DNA of 64,000 nucleotides from a virus (Duplodnaviria; Heunggongvirae; Uroviricota; Caudoviricetes): IMG/VR virus record IMGVR_UViG_3300028840_008157; one strand, given 5' to 3'. Below the pieces are notes generated by a model, which was not told where the DNA came from, ran no database searches, and saw nothing but the letters and a program-made list of their open reading frames with translations. Below, piece by piece: positions 37,901-47,700 of the stretch. How positions within the stretch are numbered: the first letter of the stretch is position 1; every line of letters begins with the position of its first letter. The position numbers were made by a program, and so were the translations under genes.

Positions 37901-38430
37901 CCGATGACCTCGGTCTGCAAGTTCACCTTCGACGGGGAGTCCGTTCCTCCCCGGTGCCGGTGCTGGTTGATGAGCGTCTTGATCGTCTCGATGAAGGAGA
38001 TGTCGTTTCGTCCGCTCGTGTCGACGCTCTCGACGGTGGCGTCGCCCGTCGTGACGGCCCCCAGCAGGATGGCCTGCGTCGAGTTGTAGATGACGACGTC
38101 CGAGAAGAAGTAGACGTCCCGGTTGTAGCGCGTCTCGTCGATGGCCTGGGCGTAGATGTAGTTCGTCGAGTTGGGCGTCAGGCCGCTCACCGTCCTGGGC
38201 TCCGTCGTCAGCGCCGACATGAAGTTGATGTGTCCGCGCCCGGCGGATACGGAGACGTTCAGGCCGCCGGCGAGCGATATGTCCCAGCCCTCGATGACGC
38301 CGTTCCCGAACACCTGGAACAAGCCCAACAACTGACGGTCGATGGTCAGGAATCGACGGGCGTCCTCGGCGGCGTTGAGCGGTTCGCCAACCTCGACGGA
38401 CGACAGCCTGTAATGTTCGGTATACCTCAT
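34948..38430 (-). CDS. Distal tail or fibre protein with beta-propeller (NHL-like) repeats
   Basis: 1160 aa, Thr/Ser/Asp-rich; GNGVI.GW..V.V.AG.G N-terminus; LVAD..NDRV..D..G repeats; located downstream of the tape measure gene. Confidence 0.6.
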   Translation of the reverse strand: MRYTEHYRLSSVEVGEPLNAAEDARRFLTIDRQLLGLFQVFGNGVIEGWDISLAGGLNVSVSAGRGHINFMSALTTEPRTVSGLTPNSTNYIYAQAIDETRYNRDVYFFSDVVIYNSTQAILLGAVTTGDATVESVDTSGRNDISFIETIKTLINQHRHRGGTDSPSKVNLQTEVIGQLPGFRVDGIDASKIVSGQISPGRLPTLEHSDLLHSGILTHAQLDTFVRNLNNPNVRLLGELAGINMLQLYLAMKHIWDEVDAYATNLLALIPGISPDSFTDYVATTAVVDKYNHAIQGIPSLGGQLLSTTWTSAYDFSRAVTRVNMDILTQPDGDDYVRLTRPVSELIVEGFDNVFANDVAIPNWSLTTKATNDDSSFNSDSSIKVDGAFSAKLKIEQGFQLRSSRIFDEAQDWTGYNEIEVAISTLSTTHGQIRFQILGPYNSATQDYDVLEDFILLDAGEITTGFKDVIRDISTLTTRNAVWGIRLYTDTALGWDVNEEVVCNVDRIRLNNTIFFDPNGYIRFRIQTPQKSTWAAISWDGDINDGQIKARARSASNFAAMDQGTSVQWGDYFEVSGLSPNIPDNTNVEIELALFSNSAKTSSPSVRSITLTYITTSEDAGLTVTTTQDFLRATRIVNAIVEDPGDVLIEGRIDTGDYYYGTNNSVQQVDRLGVPVIGITGSEFPLSPMQAAAATLTSVNTGIDGASTVKRLDDRTYLVADAMNDRVLLLDRDGNIIKGLGSNNVRFIENDLYPLTTSYVQDDGHLYVCWSRNVSPESVDLTKFTIRGAGFSMTLSPSVDTVSLPAGALGDSGTNVLKVILSDAHAGELTSFLASPNITDSRLFLAIDDGAVQDGFNPDNENYAALVGPRGLEIFVGDLKYVGGIHRPISAEITSEGTWLIGNAKPLLVTSDGGDPLTGVGRSEITSVLEMDPDTGEVSFSDDSVDFSLLSIGAAVEVDANHVAVGGITKDEAPPSTTSVANAINRDVVATVGGGVQDSSTAAQQTVAVQSVQESTGTTAIVTEGDPLAEGATAETVTEGEATTTTAATTTATTTETGTTSSQTDYDVIEEYRGRVKIIHKASGRVVYDQYTSDGSYCADVRVDESGNLLVVEKTFDAMVGRGRVVKMDEDGNVYFQYGYGQFASFNDVRLLSDGNMVVSS

Positions 38431-38439
38431 GTCCTCACC

Positions 38440-38727
38440 TCACGGCCCGGCGACCGTCGGGTCGCCGACGATGCTCGCCCCGACCACGTGGTACCAGTTA
38501 CCATCATTGTCGCCGCCCTCGGTTACCTGCCCTGGAAGGGCGTTCAGGAAGCGACCGTCCCAATCGCCGAACGACAAGTTCTGGATGGCGTTGACCGAGC
38601 GATCGACGGTGGTCCTGACCTGCCTCTGGATCGTGTCCCTGAAATTGGTTGGGTCGAGCCTCCACAACGGCATCGTCGGGGACGTCGAGTCAATCGTCAT
38701 CTCGTTCCGCACTGGTCCATCAGGCAT
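38440..38727 (-). CDS. Small tail-region protein
   Basis: GGAGG RBS; fills the gap between tail genes. Confidence 0.6.
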   Translation of the reverse strand: MPDGPVRNEMTIDSTSPTMPLWRLDPTNFRDTIQRQVRTTVDRSVNAIQNLSFGDWDGRFLNALPGQVTEGGDNDGNWYHVVGASIVGDPTVAGP

Positions 38728-38757
38728 GTCGTTGGCCTCCTATGACTAGGTTCGACG

Positions 38758-41616
38758 TCATGTCGAGGGCCCCTGCGACGCGGGCGGCGGGTTCACGTCC
38801 GGCGACGCGTCCTTGGACGCCGAGGCGAACTGCCATTCGCCCTCGAGGTTCATCCAGAACTGGTTTTCATCCGCCGACATCCGGATGGACATGTTCATGA
38901 TCCTGAAGAACTGCCCGTCCAGGGAGACGATGTCGAGCGGCTTGAGGCCGGGCCTCCCGTACGTCTCGAAGCGGGTCGTGAACGGCGGTATGAACACGCG
39001 CGCCCGTAGCGTGTAAAGGTACCGAAAAAGCGCGTCGACGGTGCCCAGGGCCGGCTCGTCCACGAACAGGCTCTTCTTGTACCCGAGGTAGCCCTCGGCG
39101 CTCGGGTTGTATATCCCCTCGCGATACGTCGAGCCGACGGCGACCTGGTTCTGGGAGCGCTTCGTCACGGTCCTGAGCCTGATTTGGTTGTAGACGTCAT
39201 TGATGAGCCTGTCGAACGAGACCATGTTGTAGGCCATGTTCGCCGGGCTGAAGTCGCCTTCCGTGTCGTTGAGCGGGCTCGTGTAGAAGTTCGTCTTCGG
39301 CGTGAACGCGCGGTTGCTGTAGAGGCCGCCCGGCATCGTGTCGTAATGGAACTTTCCCGTCTGGTCGAAGTAGATGGTCTTCATGTCGAGCTGCGCGATC
39401 TTCAGGACGCCGTCCTTGAGCGAACTACCGTTCTTGAACAGGAACTTCGGCTCGTCGAACGGGTTGGTGAATGGCAGCCCGAAGTCGTTCTTCAATTCCG
39501 CGTCCTTGGCGATCGTCCCGTCGGCGATGATGCGATCATCCGGCATCCCGACGTTCCGTACGATGTCGCGCACCGCTAGGGTGGCCTTCATGCCGTCGTA
39601 CGGCGGGCACAGGACGAACTTGTAGCCCTGCAAGGCGTTCATGTAATCCTCGATCTTGAACGTGATGATCTCGCGGTGCGCCTCGATGCTCACGTTGGCT
39701 CCGACGATCAATCCCTCGAAGAGCCAGAAGTCGGGAGGGCTCGTCGGGAACTTGTCTCCACCCTCGCCATAATCCCAGTATCCTCCTATCTTTACGTATG
39801 TAGCTCGGTTAGTGTATGACCTGTAGTCTCGGCCGTTCTGGAGGTTGTTAAGTACCTTTATGCTACCGGTATGCTGAAGCTCGTTGTAACTGGTCGCGTT
39901 CCAGTTCAGGTCGACGGATCGCACGTCGCAGGATATATCGAGAACCTCCTGCGGTTCGATCCCTTCGTCTCCAGGAAGCTCCATGCGGCACATGAACAAG
40001 TACGGTGATCGCCCGTTGACGACCTTGTAGCCGTTGCCTTGCTCCACGTCGGACGCCTTCAGGCTCCCGACCGCCTTGAAGTTCTTGACCGAGACGCGCG
40101 GGTTGTTGGGCGTCCGCTGGGGTTTCTCCTCGTCCTCGATCTCCTCTATCTCTAGCCTGACCTCCCGCATGGTGGAGGCGTCCTCGGTCTCGCGCTCGGC
40201 CTGCGCGGCGGCGACCTTCTTGATCGTCTCCCCGTTGTACTTCTCGGCGTCGAGCATGTAGAGCGTCGAGTCCTGTTTCCCGTCGGACGTCGGATCCTTG
40301 AAGTTCTTGTCCTGCTCGATCTCGCCGTCGCCCTTGAGCGTCGGGGAGACGGTCGGTTCCTGGGTCGCGTTGCCGCCCCTGTAGAGGATGTCGAACCCGT
40401 AGCCCGGAGTCTCGAACGTCCCCTGCGCCTGGTACTGCAACGGGCGCATGGCGAAGCCCGCGCTCGTGTTGCCGCTGTATATCCCCAGGTTGCCCCTGCC
40501 GATGATCAACGGGTCGTTGATGGGCGCCTGGATGATCCATGGCGTGTCCTCGAAGGCGTTCGACCGGATGATGAAGCTCCCGATGACGGGCTCGATGCTG
40601 AAGGTGAAATACCGCATGTTCCTGTCGAAGAGCCTCGCCGAGTTGAACCCGGTGAACCTCGCTAGGAGCTGGGCGCGGCGCTCCTTGTTGTTCCCGATCA
40701 TCTTGAACAGGAACGGCTCCTCGTTGTTCTTGAAAATGAACAGGTAGTTGTCGTTGCTCCCGCGCCCCACCTCGATGGCGACGTAGATCGCGCTCGTCAG
40801 CTTCAGGTCGAGCAACTGGTCTCGGTCAAAGTAATTGAAATTAGGCTCCAGGGGTTCGGCGTCCTTGGCCGGCGTCGGGTCCCTCGTGCATGTGTACCAG
40901 ATGATCTCGAACGGCTGGTTCTGCGCGATGGCGGTCTTGCTCCGGCAGCCCCAATGGACCGGCGAGATGTCGCTCTCCGGCTTGGAGTCCATGAAGGGCA
41001 TGATGATGAGCGGCTTGTCGCCGCCCGGTATCGGCATCGCGATGTACGTCCACGCCGGCTGGTTGGCCACCGGCGGCCGAGTAAAGAGGGGGGCTACCGG
41101 GTTCGTGTCACCCGTCTTGAACAGGTTCTCACAGCACTGGAACGTGAAGAACTCCTTCTCGACGGGGTCGTTGGTATCCTCCGGGATTTGTTCCTCCGTC
41201 GCGACCGTCGGAGTCTCGCCTTCCGTCTCCTCCTCGTCGTCCTCCTCCGTCGCGTAGAAGTAGTTTCGGTAGCGGTAATAGGCGTTCGGGTCGGCCGGCG
41301 AGCGCGACGTCACGTCCTCCTGCTCGCCTGTCCCCTCGTCGAGGACCTTTCCCGCCTGCTCGACGAAGGCGTCCTCGAGCGCGTTGCCCTCCCGATCCTC
41401 TAGGAAGTTGTCGTACGGTGAAAATACCTCGGATATGCGCAGCCCGTTGAGGGGGGACGGGATCGGGAAGCAGTTGGTCTGCTGCATCGTCCTGAAGGAG
41501 TCTACGGTGAAGTACGTGTAGGACTCCTGGCGCGGCATGGCGGAGAAAGGCGAGTGGTCCATGAACACGACCTTGACTCGCGCACGACCGATGTTCACGC
41601 CGCCCTTTTCGGCCAT
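38758..41616 (-). CDS. Tail tip or baseplate hub-like protein
   Basis: 952 aa; C-terminal YFD..G..HY, N.I.. and GRPGL.PLD.V features resembling hub proteins; second gene after the TMP. Confidence 0.55.
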   Translation of the reverse strand: MAEKGGVNIGRARVKVVFMDHSPFSAMPRQESYTYFTVDSFRTMQQTNCFPIPSPLNGLRISEVFSPYDNFLEDREGNALEDAFVEQAGKVLDEGTGEQEDVTSRSPADPNAYYRYRNYFYATEEDDEEETEGETPTVATEEQIPEDTNDPVEKEFFTFQCCENLFKTGDTNPVAPLFTRPPVANQPAWTYIAMPIPGGDKPLIIMPFMDSKPESDISPVHWGCRSKTAIAQNQPFEIIWYTCTRDPTPAKDAEPLEPNFNYFDRDQLLDLKLTSAIYVAIEVGRGSNDNYLFIFKNNEEPFLFKMIGNNKERRAQLLARFTGFNSARLFDRNMRYFTFSIEPVIGSFIIRSNAFEDTPWIIQAPINDPLIIGRGNLGIYSGNTSAGFAMRPLQYQAQGTFETPGYGFDILYRGGNATQEPTVSPTLKGDGEIEQDKNFKDPTSDGKQDSTLYMLDAEKYNGETIKKVAAAQAERETEDASTMREVRLEIEEIEDEEKPQRTPNNPRVSVKNFKAVGSLKASDVEQGNGYKVVNGRSPYLFMCRMELPGDEGIEPQEVLDISCDVRSVDLNWNATSYNELQHTGSIKVLNNLQNGRDYRSYTNRATYVKIGGYWDYGEGGDKFPTSPPDFWLFEGLIVGANVSIEAHREIITFKIEDYMNALQGYKFVLCPPYDGMKATLAVRDIVRNVGMPDDRIIADGTIAKDAELKNDFGLPFTNPFDEPKFLFKNGSSLKDGVLKIAQLDMKTIYFDQTGKFHYDTMPGGLYSNRAFTPKTNFYTSPLNDTEGDFSPANMAYNMVSFDRLINDVYNQIRLRTVTKRSQNQVAVGSTYREGIYNPSAEGYLGYKKSLFVDEPALGTVDALFRYLYTLRARVFIPPFTTRFETYGRPGLKPLDIVSLDGQFFRIMNMSIRMSADENQFWMNLEGEWQFASASKDASPDVNPPPASQGPST

Positions 41617-44600
41617 TTATGATTCCTCGGCTTCCTGGCTGGGCGCCTCGGGCCACCACCAGCTCTCGCCTGCGTCCTTCGAGACTAGGGAGTACAGCTT
41701 TTGGTCATCGTCCTTGAAGAAGACGCGGTAAAAGCCTTCGTCGGTCTTGACGGCGGCCACCCGCTGGGCGGGGATTCGCGGGGCGCTGGCTCCCCTATCA
41801 ACGTCTTCGATGTCGGCCTCCGTAATCCCTCTCCTGAACATCTCCGTCGTGTAACGACCGAACAATATCTTGGGCTTGATCTCCGACAACAGGTCGTTGG
41901 CCTGCTCGTCGTCCGATTGCTTGAGGAACGCCTCGACGGCTATCTTCACGTACATCAGGGAGTTGCGGAACACGAAGAAGATCGTCACGGAGTCCAGGGC
42001 GTCGTCGTAAAGCCCATAAGGGGATTCCGCCACGGCCGGTTGGGACTCCTCCAACTCCTGCGTCTCGACTCCCTCCTCTACCTCCACGTCCTCCTGTATG
42101 GGCGGGATGAAGGAGAAGTCCGCCGGGAGCGCATCGGACCACGTCTTGCCGCCGTTAGCGGACCGTCGAACGAGGTTTGCCTCCTCGCTCTGGATCACGA
42201 GCAACAGGTGGCCTCTCTTGGTAAGGAACGCGCAATACTGGACGACGGGTTGTCCCGAGGAATCCGATCCCTCGGATAACGGCCTCAGAGCTCCCAGGAA
42301 GACGTCCCTGGACGCGTCATTGGCCTTGTCCTCCCCCTCATCGGACTGGGCTCCGTCGTAGGCCATGTCGGCCCCCAACGCGTGCAACGCCTGGGCGGCG
42401 TCCCCGTCCTTGGCGTCCTCCCATCCCGAGGGCTCATCAGGGGCCGGCAGCAGGAGGTCGTCGAAAACCTCGCTGGGGCAACGCTTGCAGCATATCTTGG
42501 CCTTGTAGAGGAAGAACAGGAACGTCGTCTTCGTGGCGTCGTCCCCGACCAGGAATGGCAGCGTCGCGTCGGGGAACGGCGTCCCGCTGTCGGCGGTGGC
42601 GTCCGAGGCGTCCCGGGCGGCCTCCGCCTGCTCCTCCTCGCTGACGACCCTCAGGGTCACGTCCCTGACCACGGAGAGCGGGCAATTGCAACCGTAGCGG
42701 ACGGCCATGTCGATGCGCCCCTTGTTCTCGTAGGCCAGGTAGACGCGGCCCTCCGTGCAATCAGTCGTCGCGGTCACGTTCGAGGACTCGATGGGGAGGG
42801 ACTCGGCCTTGACGTACGAGAGCTGGATCGTGCTGGCCGCCCTGAGGTCGGACAACTGGTCCTTGGGTTGCTTCTCGGGAACGGTCATCTCGGGGAGGAC
42901 GGGGTCGCGGCTGCCGATCCCGAATATCCTCTCGATCGTCACGCCTTCGGACGTGTAGGAGCGGAATACGAGCCCCGGGACGTTGGTCAGGATCACGGAA
43001 TCCTGGCCTTGCAGGTTCCTCGTGTCCCCGAAGTCCATCTCGTAAAGGGCGTCGCCCTCCCCGTCGGTCTCGGCGAAGAGCGCGATCTTGGCGTTCTCGG
43101 AGGTGGAGAGCCTGAGCATGAGCGCGGTGGCGTACTTCTCCGAGGGCATCGTGACGTTCTTGTCGGCGGTGATTGTGGCCTCGAGGTCCAACTGGCTGGG
43201 GACGAGCGACGGCTTCCCGTCGGACCGGGCCGGGTTTTCCCCGACGAGGTACTTGTCGAGCGTCGAGTCCGGGACCCTGAGCGAGCGCTTTTTCCAGAAG
43301 ATGTCGTCGAACCCGCGCTCGATCATCATGTCCCCGGCCTGCGTGGATAGCATGTCGAACAGCGTGGCCGAGTAGAGGCAGCAATCGTTGATCGCGACCA
43401 TCCCCGTCGCGACCGTCGTCGTCGTCGCGAGGACGATGGACGTGTTGATCATGGAGGGGCCGAAGCTCGGGACGATGACGCTCGTGTTGAACGGCCTATA
43501 GGCCATGTACTCCGTCCCCAACCTGGCCGACGCCGTCACGTTCTCGATCCACCGAGGGGACGTGTACAGGGCGTCGACCTGGAGGCCGCTCTCGTTCCTC
43601 CCGAGTCCGATGGAGAGCGTCTCCGCGATGCCGTCCCCGGCCGCGTAGTCGAGGGCGTAGTCTATGACCTTGAACGCCTTGGACTCGTCGTAGTAGCGGC
43701 TCGTGCTCCTTCCGGACGCCTTCGCCAGCAACGGCGAGTAGGCCGTCTTCGTCACCGCGAAGTTGAAGAACGTGGGGTCCTCCCCCTCGTCGTTCAGGTT
43801 GTAGGCGTAATGAAGGGAGTCGGCGTCGGCCGCGTTCCTGACCTGCTCCTCCCTGGATGACGATGAGACGAGGCCCGGAGGGGCCTCGACGACCTCCTGT
43901 GGTTTCACCCCGAACGTCTCGGACAACCTCCAGGCGAGTTTCTCCTCTCCCTCCTCCTCGGAAACGTTGACGAGGGCGAACCGGTAGACCTTGGCCTGCC
44001 ACGGTCCGCTTTGGCTCGTCTCGGTGATCTTGAAGCCTCCAAGACCGGGGCTCGCCAGGCCGATGGCCTGGCTCGATCCCGTCAGGACGACCACGTCGCG
44101 CATGACGATGGAGTCCACGGCGACGTACGAGACGTAGTTGGGCTTTGACCTGCAAATGATCCCGTTCGACAGGACGTCCACGAGCCTCCTGTCGGCTCCC
44201 GCCTGGGACAGTCTCTTGACGTCCGCCGGGGCGCCGTCGGAAAGCTTCATGGCGACGACCAAGTCATCCGCCGGCGGCTGCGAGAACGAGATGATCGACT
44301 GCCTCGAGATGGACTCGCCCTCCTGGATGAACTTCTCCTCGCCGGCGTGCAACGGGCGATAAACCTTGGAGGGGACATAGAGGACGTTGTCCTCGTATCG
44401 CAAGCCCTCGGTGGGGAGGTCTATGACGTCGCGACCCTCGAAGATCGTCACGGCGTCGTAAAGGGTATGCCTGGAGAAGACGACGGAGGGGAGGACGCTG
44501 GCGAAGACGAGGCTTGGCGCGCCCAACGCGCCCGTCAACTGCTCGAAGGCATTGAGTATGTCCGTCGTGGAATCGGCCGTCGTCTGCTCCGAGACCGACT

Positions 44601-44787
44601 GGTAGAAGCGATAGGAGAACGCCTTCGACGGGAGCATCCCTGACGGGAACTCGCCGCGCGGGTCGAGCGTCGAGTCGAGCGGGAACGCCGGGTCGCTGAT
44701 GTCGGGCGTGGCCCCGTATACGACGGGTCGCCAGACCGTCTTGTACCCCAGGTAGTTCCACGTACGGCCACTAGTGAATATCGCCAC
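41617..44787 (-). CDS. Large tail-associated protein with Asp-box (BNR) motifs
   Basis: SANGGKTW and SKDAGESW motifs; immediately downstream of the TMP. Confidence 0.55.
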   Translation of the reverse strand: MAIFTSGRTWNYLGYKTVWRPVVYGATPDISDPAFPLDSTLDPRGEFPSGMLPSKAFSYRFYQSVSEQTTADSTTDILNAFEQLTGALGAPSLVFASVLPSVVFSRHTLYDAVTIFEGRDVIDLPTEGLRYEDNVLYVPSKVYRPLHAGEEKFIQEGESISRQSIISFSQPPADDLVVAMKLSDGAPADVKRLSQAGADRRLVDVLSNGIICRSKPNYVSYVAVDSIVMRDVVVLTGSSQAIGLASPGLGGFKITETSQSGPWQAKVYRFALVNVSEEEGEEKLAWRLSETFGVKPQEVVEAPPGLVSSSSREEQVRNAADADSLHYAYNLNDEGEDPTFFNFAVTKTAYSPLLAKASGRSTSRYYDESKAFKVIDYALDYAAGDGIAETLSIGLGRNESGLQVDALYTSPRWIENVTASARLGTEYMAYRPFNTSVIVPSFGPSMINTSIVLATTTTVATGMVAINDCCLYSATLFDMLSTQAGDMMIERGFDDIFWKKRSLRVPDSTLDKYLVGENPARSDGKPSLVPSQLDLEATITADKNVTMPSEKYATALMLRLSTSENAKIALFAETDGEGDALYEMDFGDTRNLQGQDSVILTNVPGLVFRSYTSEGVTIERIFGIGSRDPVLPEMTVPEKQPKDQLSDLRAASTIQLSYVKAESLPIESSNVTATTDCTEGRVYLAYENKGRIDMAVRYGCNCPLSVVRDVTLRVVSEEEQAEAARDASDATADSGTPFPDATLPFLVGDDATKTTFLFFLYKAKICCKRCPSEVFDDLLLPAPDEPSGWEDAKDGDAAQALHALGADMAYDGAQSDEGEDKANDASRDVFLGALRPLSEGSDSSGQPVVQYCAFLTKRGHLLLVIQSEEANLVRRSANGGKTWSDALPADFSFIPPIQEDVEVEEGVETQELEESQPAVAESPYGLYDDALDSVTIFFVFRNSLMYVKIAVEAFLKQSDDEQANDLLSEIKPKILFGRYTTEMFRRGITEADIEDVDRGASAPRIPAQRVAAVKTDEGFYRVFFKDDDQKLYSLVSKDAGESWWWPEAPSQEAEES

Positions 44788-44796
44788 GCGTCATCC

Positions 44797-47700
44797 TTAC
44801 ACGCCAAGGTCGTAGAGCCTCCCGCTCGTCCCTTGTGGCGCGAACATATCATTCAATACGCCGCTGAGCGCCTTGTTGACGGAGCCCACCAGCGTCTTCG
44901 CCGTGTCGCCCCTAACGGAAATGTTAAAGCTTGGAGCGATCGTTCCCCCTTGTCGTGCGATGGATGGGGACGGTGCCATTCCCGCCATTCCGCCGCCCTG
45001 GAACCTGTTGACGTTCTCGAGCAGCCCCGGGAACGCGGCCGCCGCCCTCTTGTTGACGACGAACTCGCCCGGCTCCAGGAGCGCCAGGACGCGGTCCCCG
45101 CCCCCGAATCCGGGCAGTCTGCCGCCCTCGGCCATCGCGGCGATCCATCCGCCGGCGGCCCTCGTCTGGGCCACGGCGGTCGCGCAGGCGGGATTGACGC
45201 TCGTGACGACGGGGCTGACGTCGATCTTCTGCTGCTCGAGGGTGGACTTGAGGTTCTGGCCCGCCTCCTTCTGGGCGTTGACCTGATCGCGCCCGACCTC
45301 CTTCTGGGTGTCGATGCCCTTCTCGGTGGTCTTGCGGAGCTTCTCGAGTTCGGCGCGGGTCTTCTCGCCCTCGGCGGTCTTTTGCCATTTGGCGAACTCG
45401 TTCTCGGACTCGGCCATGCGCTTGACGCCTGGTCCACCCGCGGCGGACTTCCTGACTTCCGCTCCTTTGAGAAACTCAGCGTGCCTTTGTTTCTCCTGAC
45501 GAGCCAGTTCGGCGGCGCGCTCGGCGGCGCGCTCTGACTCGGCGGCCTCCCCGTACCGCTGCTTGGATTGCTCGAACTCGGCCTGTTCACGATGTGACTG
45601 TTCGAGCTTCTCTAGCTCGGACACCTTCTTCTGCATGCGTTCTTCGCTTTCCCGACGCTGCCTTTCCGATATGACGCGTTTCCCTTCGGTATAGATTCCC
45701 GCTTGACGCTTGGCCATTTCCGGGGCTTCCATGCCCAACGTCTTTGCGGCCTCCTTCTGCCCTTGCGCGACGCGCTGCTCGACGTATGCCGCCATCTCCT
45801 TCTCGGCGGCCGCCCTCTTTTTGCCCAAGGCTTCGAGTTTCTTTCCGGCCTCGGCCGCCTTCTCTTGTTCCTCCGCCGCGATCTCCCGTGCCCTAGCCAA
45901 CTGGGCCGCGTCGAAACTGGCGTCTTTTACGGCCTTGGCCTCGGCCTCCTGGGAGGTCTTTATCTCTGCGAGGAGTTCGGTTTCCCTCTTCTTGAGAGCG
46001 TTGATCCTGACTTGGTTGATCAGGAGTTGATCCTGTGCTTTTTGTTCCGTTTTCCTATTCTTTTCCCTGTCGAATATTTCTTTCTCGTAATCCCGGGCGA
46101 TCTGCTCCTGGGTCGGTCCCTCCTCGGTTCTGAACGCCATTCTTGCTGAATACTTGGCTGCGCTTCCAAGATTCGCGACAGATTCTCCCAACATGTCCTT
46201 GAAGCCGGAAAGTTCGTCTGCGACTTTCGTTCCCCATCCGACGTCGGCCCCTCCGGTCTGTCTTCTTAGTTCGATGTCTTCTTTCTTGGCGCTTTCCTGT
46301 TGTTTTCTTACGCGTGCGAGCTCGTTTTTGAGCGATTCCGAGCTCTTCGCCGCCGGATTTTCCGGGTTGGCGACTTCGAGGAGCTGTTTCTTTGCGATGT
46401 CCGTCGCATATTCTGTTGCCTTGGCCGACTTCTCGGTAGACTTCAGTTGGACTTCCTTCAGTTTTTCCATCTCCTGGGTAATTCTGTTGAACGCGTCCAT
46501 GTCGGGAGGGGAGATTTTTACTTGGGGCTTGGATTCCTCTGGACCGTAGGTGGCCCTCGCGCCTAGCCTGCGAGACACGGCCTGTACCTGCTCGGCCGTG
46601 AACGGCTTGTCGAACGCATACCCTTCCGTCGTCATCGGGGCTCCTGGGGCGCCACGGGCACCAGGGGCTCCGGCGTAACGAACTCCCCTGACGCCGCGAC
46701 CGCGCGTCCCGCCGCGACCGCCTATTCCTATCCCGGTCGTGTCGACCCCTGCCGCCGCCGCGTCCCAGTCGGCGAATCTCCTTTCGTACGCCTGGAACCT
46801 TTGCTGCTCGATGCGCTCCGACTCGGCCAGCTTCTCCTTCTCCTTCTTGTATGCCGCTTCGGCCGACGTGGGTCCCTCGCCCATGCCCGTCCCGCGACGC
46901 ATTGCCTGGGCGCGACGCGTGTAATCCCGAGCCTGTGATTCCTGCTTTTTCTTCTCGGCCGCCTCGGCGCCTGCCTTGGCACCTTCCTTGGCGCCTTCCC
47001 TGACGGCCGTTTGAGTACCCTTGTCGGGCTTGACGTCGAAAACCTGTCGAGTTCCTTCCATCAAGGCGATAATGTTGTCCATCTTCTGTAGGACCTGACC
47101 CTCGAAGCTTCCGGCGGCGGCCTCCTTCCTTATCTCTTCTGCCCGAGTCCTCTCGGCGACGGTGCTCTCACCCTTTTCGGCCTTGAGCATGACGCGCTTC
47201 TGGATCGCCTGCATCTCGGCGGCCTGCTGCTGGTTGAGCCTGCCCGAGGGGACCGTTATGGCTTGCCCTGCTCGGCCGCCCAGTTGCAACATCCCGGATT
47301 CCGGGGCTTGAGCCCCGAACTGACCCAACGGAGTCGCGGCCATGGCCGCCGGGACGTTCGGGAACATGGTCATCGGTCCATATTCCTCGCCATACCCCTG
47401 CCCGAGCTGCATGAGTTGTTGCGGACTCATGAACTGGAGCGCGCCCGGTCCGCCGCCGGGTCGCCATCTCATCGTGTGCTGGGCCGCACCGGCCCCTAGC
47501 ATGCCCGCGCGCAGGCCGCCCGCAGCGAGGAACTGGCGCTGGAGCTCGCCCATGCCCATCTCGCGGCGCAGGACGAACTTGGCGAACGTCCCCTCGGCGT
47601 TCGTCATCGTCTGCATCGCCTCGAGATAACCTTCGCGCAGGTTCTTGGTCAGCGAGAGCTGTTTCGTGGTAAGGTTGACTTGCTTCTGCTGGAGGGCCGC

